Below, piece after piece: positions 54,961 to 64,000 of a stretch of DNA of 64,000 nt (position 1 is the first letter of the stretch; the number at the start of each line of letters is the position of its first letter). The position numbers and the translations under genes were made by a program. Under the pieces are notes generated by a model. It saw only the letters and a program-made list of their open reading frames with translations. It had not been told where the DNA came from and did not search any database. The stretch is from Eledone cirrhosa (lineage: Eukaryota): positions 176,452,001 through 176,516,000 of the forward strand of contig OZ024743.1 of the NCBI GenBank assembly GCA_964016885.1. The letters are read 5' to 3'.

Positions 54961-55707
54961 TAGCAAGAACAAATAATGCCAAGTGTTTTATCCGACGTTC
55001 CAACGCCTTTACACTTCACCACCTTGGAATAAAACTACATTGATTTCTCACATTGGCACAATGCAGCAATTTTATATAATCGGTCCCTACTATTGGAACA
55101 CAACAAGAACATTAAGGAAATATTCGATTAATATTCGACTGCCAATTTTTGGCTGCTATTAATTTTATCGAATCTGGAAGGATTCACAGTTGACCTTCAC
55201 CAGATTCAAAATTAGAACGTAGGAGATCGTGACTAAATAACAGAAGAAATCTTTTTACGCTTCACCAATGCTGTCAAACAACGATGGATACATATAATTG
55301 AGTAGCATATGTCCTTTGTTTATTTTATGAAGCTTGGAGTGAGGAAATATAAAGTTAACATAAGAAGGATCTGAAATCACTTAACGATGTTGTCCAATTC
55401 TCACTAGTTTCTGACAAACCATTGCTGTGTCGTCTGTTTAAATATTTCATGTGCAAGAAAGACTCTCATTTTTGATATTTGGGGATGACTTTATGTTTTC
55501 TTTCCAATAACTCTTAACAACTGATGGAATTACAGGGTTTTCTATGGTTACACACAGCGTGGCATCTTAATTACCGAATGAAATATAATGTTGACATCAC
55601 CACGATGAGTTTACCGCTTCTTCAGGACACTTTTTTGTGACACTGTTAAATCGCTGACTTATGTTCTGATTTTAAATATACCCACTTGTTTTGCCTCTCT
55701 CAACTTA

Positions 55708-55928
55708 ATAATTGTTTCTACTTTAGGCACAAGGCTAGCAATGTTTGGGGTGGAGAAATTTGATTAAATCGACCCCAGCACATGACTGGTACTTTATTTT
55801 ATCGACCACGTAAGGATGAAAGACCAAGCTAACCTCAGCCGGATTTGAACTCAGAACGTAAAGTGCCGTAACTCTATGCAGTGAAACATGGTATCTGACG
55901 TTCTACCGTTATAGCCAATCCACCGCCC
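55708..55928 (-). mobile_element. tRNA-derived SINE
   Basis: Same family core, in reverse. Confidence 0.8.
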
Positions 55929-57600
55929 TATCTCTCTCAACTTAATAATAAATACATAGTTGCATAATTCATTTCAAATTCTAGATTATTTGCATCATTG
56001 TTTAAAAATCATAGAAAGCGTAATTCAGAAAAAATATCGTAACGAAAGGGTTAAAGCTGAATTTATTTCTAAAGCCTCAATTAAAATGCTATCATCTAAA
56101 ATATTCCCATTAACGTTTCTTCAAATTAAAGTATCTGCTATAGAAAATATCACTCTATTGATGAGCTGTGTCCTTGAGCGAATCTTTTTCTTTCATGTTG
56201 TTCCAGTTCACTCAGCTGGAAATAATTAATTGTGCTTGTAATTCAACTGGCTAGCTCTGTCACACATCGTGTCTCGTTGAATCTTCCCGAGGAGTATGCT
56301 ACGAGTATACTTGTCTATGGAAATTCTCAGTCACTTGCACATTAATTCTTTGAGAAAGCTATTTCCGATGATCAAACCGACTAGAAGACTCGTCGTCGTT
56401 ACCAACAGAGGTCCGACAAGAATTTAGAAACTACTTTCCTAGTGGCGGGTGGTTATATCAGAGAATTTAACGATAAATAGATGTTCATTAGATATACCAA
56501 TAAGTCACTTTCATTTGATGTAAAATTTGAAATATCTGAGAGACCGTAAGTTTTAAAGAAAATTTTTTCTTATATAATGTTTTTTTTTCTTGACTGCGTG
56601 TTTTATGTATGGGTGGGGGAGGAGTCGTGTCTTTCCTTTTTTATTGCTTTGAATTGCTTTATCAAGTCATTTATATATTTCATGAGATTCCACCATTTTG
56701 ATAAACATCTCCCAGAAACACACACATACAAACTTATAAACACTTTTCGATCATACACATTATTCGTAGTATCTGAAGTAGCTAGCCTACAAGGTATGTT
56801 TCACAATTACATTTCCACGTGTTTAAGAAACTTTGGTAATTTGAGGGAGAAAAATGTCTAAAGAAAAAAAAAAGTACATCAGATTAACAGAGAAACTTTT
56901 AGTAACTATTGTGTTATTATTTTTATTATTTTTGTCTAGCACGAAAATCAATCAGTAAGATTTAGCTGGAGAGAAAATTGAAATATCCGTGCTGTGTAGA
57001 TTATCTTGGTTTCTTCAGATTTCGATCACGTAACGTTAAGAGGTTACATCACCTTTAAAAAACATGTATCCTTAAGCTACGGTGTTTCTTGATAATTATC
57101 ACAATGAATTTTGCCAAAGAGACTTGAAAATGCAAAATATAGGGTTGTATTTTTTAGTGAACTATTATACGTGGTTTTTTGCTTACAAAAGGAAAATTGT
57201 TTAATGTCATAAGCAATAAACATGTTGTTTTGTCTTTTTTACAAGAATTCAAAAAGTGATTGATGAATAAGACAATAGACAAATTAACACTATAAACCAA
57301 GTACTTATTAGAATTCTTGTTTGTGCGCACAAAAACACAGCAACACAATATATATTTTTTATTGTAAACACAAGGCGTAATGAGGCTGTTTGCTTGTAAA
57401 CGAATCGAATATTAATAATATTATTATTATATTTTCATTATTCACTCAGGAATGCATATATATATATAATTTAAATGAAAAAATAATTGTTTTTGAAAAT
57501 AATAAAAGAATCGCATGAAGGTATACAGATAGAGAGGCTGCCGGAATCGTTAATTCTAGCACTACACTATACACACACACACACTACTCACACACACGCG

Positions 57601-57631
<31 letters not shown>

Positions 57632-58780
57632 ACACACATATGTATTATTTTTTATTCAAATTCATTTATTCTATATATATTATTATATTCTTTAAATTCT
57701 TTTACTGGTTTCTGTCATTAGTCATAGGCCATGCTGGAGTAACGGTTTGATACAGTCGATCATATGAACTCCATTGTTTAGTTTTATCAAGTTTGCAACT
57801 CTATGTTGATGTACCTTTGTGTTACCGGACATAAACTCACAAAAGTACACACACGATGGCAACAACAGTTTCTTACATCTACGAAAATAATAGAGTTTCA
57901 ATAATATATTGTAAGCAAACACATAGAATAGCAGTTACTGTATTAAGCAGGTTAGTAGACGAAAGCAGCAACCTCGTGGTAGGTTCTCTAAATTCACACA
58001 CACACACACACACACAAACATATATATGTAGTTTAATAAATGAACAGAGAACAAAAAAACAGAGAGGAAGTACAAATGATATTGTTTTTAGTTTCACGCT
58101 TGAGAGTGGGGGTGCGGGACGACGTTTTGGGCATAAGCCCTTCATCAGGAGAACAGTAAGTAGGAAGAGAGTTCCGAGGGTGTGTGGGGGAGTGGTGGAA
58201 AGACATTTTTAAAAAGGGGGGAGAGAAAAAGGAGGAAAAACAATTTTTTTAGAGAGTAAAGGAAATGTTGTAAAAGTACAAATAAAAATAAAAATAAAAA
58301 TAAACAAGGAGTGAAAGGGTGTGAAGCGTGTAGGGTGATGGTGGGTGGAGGGGGGCTGGAGAGGGGAGAGGGAGGTGAGAGGTTCGAGCGTGGAGGACTG
58401 AAGGTGGTGTTTGTGTATGGGTGTAGGTGTACATGTGTGTGTGTATGTGTGTGTGTATGTGTGAATATGAGAGTTGGGGGAAGAACGAGGTTCCATGTTC
58501 AGGTAAAAGGGAAACTGGTGTGTACATAGGGTGGGATGTAAGTCGGTGTGTGCGTGCGTGTAGATGTAGAGGAGTGGGGGAGAGGAAGAGGCGTGGAGTC
58601 AGGAGTCTGAGTGTGTGTATGTGGGGATACGCACGTGTGTGTTTGTGTTTATATGTGGTGTGGATGTAGGTGGCGTGGTTAGAAAATAATGTACATTTAT
58701 TCATGTATATATTAATGTATTCATACACACAATCATACACAAATAAACACACTCTTTCTCTCTCTCATACACACACACAC

Positions 58781-58830
<50 letters not shown>

Positions 58831-59756
58831 GGTGTAATGTTGACATGCGATCGACCTCGTCATTTACATTCCGGCGTTAGTTTTCATACGAAATTGTTTT
58901 CTTTTAATCTATTCGCGTCTTGTGTTCATTACGACAAGTATATTGCTCACTCATCACCCATATTCCTGCTTTGCTACCATTTTAGTTTTGATTGCGACCA
59001 CGTACATTGTACACAGCAATTAGGGGTAATGGTGAAGAATCCATGCCTGTTCCATCCATTTATTGCTCATAGAACTTGCCTTGCGGACGGAGAAAGGTTA
59101 TTTCTATTATACAGGACATATCTTCGGTACATTAACTGCTATTCAATCTGCCTGCATACAATACATAATTTAATTTCTATTGTTTCTGACGGTAAGTCGC
59201 TACGTATGTTCCACAGATATATATGGATTTGCTCCAATTTTACTTACTGGTCATGAGTACATGCTGCTGGGCATTAGATAAGCTTCTCGCAATATACATG
59301 CTATATGTAGTCATATGACATGCTATGTGTAGTCTACTTGATGGATATTCCACTTTTCGCACTCTGCCTCGCTCTATCACTCTCCCTCTCTCTCTTTCAC
59401 CTTTCCCGCTCTCCAGCTCTATCTTTCCATCCCCCCTTCTCTCAGTCTCTCCTAAAATATAGATCTTCTTTATATTTATGTGGTGAAAATTAACAGCAAT
59501 ATTAGTGCGTACTGGATGAACTGAATATACTTTAAATACTTCGTAGTATTATAAAGCCTGAAGTCTGGTTTATCATGTACTTAGTGAGACGGACAAGATA
59601 AAAATCCTTCAGTTACACTTGTTTCGTAAGAGAGTTGATCTTATATTGTTTATTACGACTACAACAATTGCCAGGAGGTAGAAAACGTGTAACAATTAAG
59701 AAGCACTTATACATTGCTAAATTCATTCTAACGTGATTATTATGTTTTAATAGTGA

Positions 59757-60175
59757 AGATGGTTGATTTGTAGAATCGTTAGACAGTCGAATAAAATGAC
59801 TTGGGGGTATTTGTTCTTGTTCTTTATATTCTAAGTTCAAAGCCACTTTTTCCCTTCCGGGGTCGATAAAATAAAGTACCAGTCAAATGCTGGGATTTAA
59901 TCGGATTTCCCCTCTCCACAGATTGCTTGCCATGCACCGAGATTAGAAATGATTATTATTTTGTGGATTCGTAGTATCGGTAGAACGTCGGATACCCTGA
60001 TTCACAGCAGAAAGTTACGTCTCTTTACGGACTGAGTTCAAATCCCGCCGAGGTTAGCTTTGCCTTTCATCCTTACGTGGTCGATAAAATAAAGCATCAG
60101 TAAGTACTGGGGTAGATTTAATCGACTTTTCCCTCGGCTTCAAATTGCTGACCTTGTGCCTAAAATAGAAATAAT
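59757..60175 (+). mobile_element. Two adjacent tRNA-derived SINE copies
   Basis: ggggtcgataaaataaagtaccag core at ~59860 and a related core at ~60080; B box gagttcaaatcccgccg. Confidence 0.8.
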
Positions 60176-60685
60176 TATTATTTTGTAATAGTAATATAAA
60201 GTGAAGGCCGGTAGGTTAGATGTTAAGTGGTTCAACTCCGACCGCAGGGTCGTGGGTTGAAATTCCGGTAACACGTCGCTGCACACGATTGTACATTATT
60301 CCAGGTCCCTCAACTGGCAAACATTAATTGTACCTGTAATTTAAAGGACCAGCCATGTCACACTAATTCTCCACGAGAATTATGCTAGGGGTAGACCTAT
60401 ATCTGAAAAGCTCATTTCACGAGCAGGTTGTTCAGTCGATCGGATCAACTCAAATACTTGTCGTCGAAAGTGACGGGGGTCCAACACAGTAATATACATT
60501 ATTCGGTATAAGAATATGCTTTTATATATCAATAGTCCGGTAATCAACATCTCAGTTCATCTTTCCGATCTATTTCATCTTCAATAAAGTTGTTTAGATA
60601 GGTCAGATATATTTTATACGAGATTCCTTTAAAGGGCAATGCTATCTTTGTTCTCTCTCTCTCTCTCTCCATCTCTCTCTCTCCA

Positions 60686-60854
<169 letters not shown>

Positions 60855-60930
60855 ATATATATGTACATATAGATACATACAAACATACGTGCGTATATAT
60901 ATATATATATACTCACACACACATATATAT

Positions 60931-60964
<34 letters not shown>

Positions 60965-61404
60965 GTACATTATGAAGAGAGAAGAAACATTTAGATATAA
61001 TTAGTAATAAAATGTATCATATCTAAACTGCTCCTATGTTCCTCGACTACGTAGTTTCGTGGCATAAACAAAAACAATACATCATAGAGATATAGAGCTT
61101 TTGCGAGGTCTGCCGACTTATCAAGAGGATACCTCGTTTTACTAGCTTCAAGAACGCGTCTATATGATGTGAGAAAGAATCCCAAAAGGCGGAGGGGGAG
61201 ATAGTCACGTGATACAACGGTCAAGAAACAGAGCTAAGCCTCTTATAACACCGAAAAAAATACCACGGAGGCGGAGGTATGAATAACTGTCCCAGTTATT
61301 CATAGAGCAACATCGGTTAAGGTTGGCACCATTAACTCAGGGATGGATGTGGATACATTCATGTATATGTGTGTGTCCGCATGTATCTGTGTGTTTCTAA
61401 ATAT

Positions 61405-61441
<37 letters not shown>

Positions 61442-61669
61442 ACAGTAGATCGACAAGATTCCAGACCTAGTCAAATCGGGCCGAAGAAATAATGCTTCCA
61501 TTAATCTTTCCAGTTGCTCATGCTATCTATCGGTCGCAACTCCAGGCATAAGGAGCAACGTGAAATAAAGTGTCTTGCTCAAGGACATAAGGCATCACCC
61601 GGTCCAAGAATCAAACTCACAAACTCACGATCGCGAATCCAATTCTCTAACTACTCAGATACGACGTGC

Positions 61670-61712
<43 letters not shown>

Positions 61713-62410
61713 ATATATATGTATATATAATATATATGTATATATATATCTGTGTCAATATATATATATATATATATGGAAGGATAAATACAGAATTTGT
61801 GACATCTATAGCAGCAGCGAAGCGAAGAGACTTTGAGTAGCTAAGTATGATATAACAGAGATGTTGTCCAGATAAGAATATATATAGAAAGATGTCCGAT
61901 GTTCTGATTGAGTTATGATTATTTTTTCATATCTGCTTTTGCCGTGTTTTAACACGGCAGTGATTTGGCAGAGTCGTCTTGGCGTCGTATTAAATGTTTT
62001 GTTATTTCTTCCGTGAATTATAATCCCGCCGAAGTTGGTAAGAAATGTACCTGTCCAGTACTGGGGTCGCTTCTTCCTCTATCTTCCTGTATTACTTTCC
62101 TCCAATCTCTCTCTCTCTCTCTACCCTCTCTCACTCTCTCTATCTCTCCCTCTCTCACTCTCTCTATCTCTCCCTCTCTCTCTCTTTCTCTCGCTGTCTC
62201 CCTAACCCTTTCTCTGTCTCTATAAATATATATTAAATTGTTTCTACTTTTGGCACAAGACAAGATATGTGCTATATTGCGTGATATGTTACATGGTTAT
62301 CCTTGGGACTTCATCAGATGCTCATACAATGATGGGTGTAGTTATGCGACCATGGGGATATGTGCTGTACATGTAATACCATTCAGTAATGATACCAACA
62401 ACTGACATAC

Positions 62411-62481
<71 letters not shown>

Positions 62482-62527
62482 ATATATATGAAATATAAGA
62501 ATCAAAGAACTGTTCAAAACATTATTG

Positions 62528-62574
62528 TGCTTACAGCTGTTTCCTCCAAACCGAGGTTTGGATTCTTCGGAGCA
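62528..62574 (-). ncRNA. Type I HHR candidate with one core substitution
   Basis: tgct-CCGAAGA-a-tccaaacc/ggtttgga-g-GAAA-cagctg-TA-agca. Confidence 0.6.
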
Positions 62575-64000
62575 ATTTATTAATGCATGGACAGTTATAT
62601 GACCTCCTTTTCAGCCAAGAGACATACCGACACATATGCAAATATTGTGGGTCAACATTCATTACAGAATTTAGAGTGGCAGTACACACTTCGAGATTAC
62701 ATTCATATTAAGAGGTACAATCAAAAATCAAAAATACAGGTTAAAATACAACATGAAGATAAGCGGTTATATAGTGCAAATGTTATATGTGTGGCAAGCA
62801 TGTGCGTCTTGTTTATATAGTGTGGCAGAGAGATATGTGTGGTAGAGGCACTTAGGTAGGTAAACAAGAGTGTTAGGTTGGTAGATCTGGTGGCAAATTC
62901 TTTATATGATTGATATAGTCTGTGTGTGGAGAAATGTTATAAGCATTAAAAATAGTGCAAGTATTAAAAGTGTTAAAAGTATTGGACATGCACAGCGAAG
63001 GGATGTCAAGTATTTCATGTACTTCGACATTTTCATGGTCAGGGGAGTGTATTTTTCGATTATATGCCACTCACATAATCCACGAGAATTCGATATTGAG
63101 CGTTTGACAATCCAGTTAGAGAATCGTAGTCTGATGTTCTTTAGTTCAATACAGGAGGCTGTTACGTTTCGAAAAACGACATTGAATACCACCCGGAAGT
63201 GTGTGTGTGGCTAAGGGGAGTTAATGCATGCGGGGAGGTAACTCCGGGGTTTCTATACCTAGCTATTAAAATGTGTCACAATATAGACCCTAATTTCTAT
63301 GGTGATGCGCATCCTCCAAAAAATGTTTAAAGCATAAAGTGTATTAACTATAGAGTAGTTTAATTAAGTTATGCTGAAGGTGTTCATAATATTATGGTGG
63401 ATTAACCCCCATCGTAAGGTGCCACAAATGGATACTATAGATGAAGGGCGAGGATTCTAAATTAATGATCTCTGTGGTTGTAGTCTACTCATAGGACCAG
63501 GCACGGTGATTGCAGGTTTGCTTCAGGACCCAATGATCTCTGGTAAGTTCTGGGTCATCGCTTGCTACATTGGATGTCGAAAGATAATCATCTCCAGGCC
63601 GGCCAGAGGTCAATCCGCAGTCCTCACGACCCCTCACTGACCACCAGATCATCCATATATGTACAACCCGTACGCCAGTTGCAATGCATTCATTCTCTGC
63701 GCTCAGCATCCTGGTCCTACTGCTCAACAGCGTTACTAGATTAAATCGTTTTTCATCTAAGGAAGGTGCTTCCTCCGCACAACACTATCAAACCGATCAA
63801 TTCATGCTTAAATTACCTATAGAGCGGTGTAGTGCAGTTCAAGTGGGTGGATGTTGTCTCACCTGACGTAGAGGTATAAATGGGTATACTCCCTGCGAAG
63901 GGTTCCAGAGGGATGTCGTTGTTTGTGTTATATTAGATCAGTTAGTGTTGGGTATGTAGTATCAGGTGTGCCTCTGGTGTTTGATGCTAGATGTGGTGTT

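Noticed and set aside
62870-64000. Degraded PLE ORF on minus upstream of the HHR at 62528
   Set aside because: Only faint resemblance to a GIY-YIG C-terminus (RLRFSNWIVKR..RGL); too many stops to support without a profile search.

Overview
AT-rich, microsatellite-saturated eukaryotic DNA with no recognisable host gene. The SINE set and repeat style suggest a cephalopod such as Octopus; this is inference, not shown by the sequence. Almost all non-microsatellite sequence is mobile-element derived: a near full-length but disrupted Tx1/L1-like LINE with truncated copies, Dong/R4-like RLE LINE fragments, an RTE fragment with a 5' inversion, two Penelope-like (PLE) GIY-YIG remnants, non-autonomous Helitrons, Tc1/mariner MITEs and many tRNA-derived SINEs. 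The main find is a non-coding RNA system. A 310-bp tandem array (28329-32470) carries a complete minimal type I hammerhead ribozyme (HHR) in every full unit (13 copies). The array is split into two divergent arms whose inversion point lies 3-4 nt from the predicted self-cleavage site. A diverged ~324-bp sister family next to it keeps the same predicted structure and has a U3-A8 core variant. More than a dozen further HHR-like motifs with different stems lie in short (AT)n-embedded inserts, many of them fold-back palindromes. Together this looks like a diverse retrozyme/PLE ribozyme population. All structures were read by eye; no folding, alignment or database search was run.
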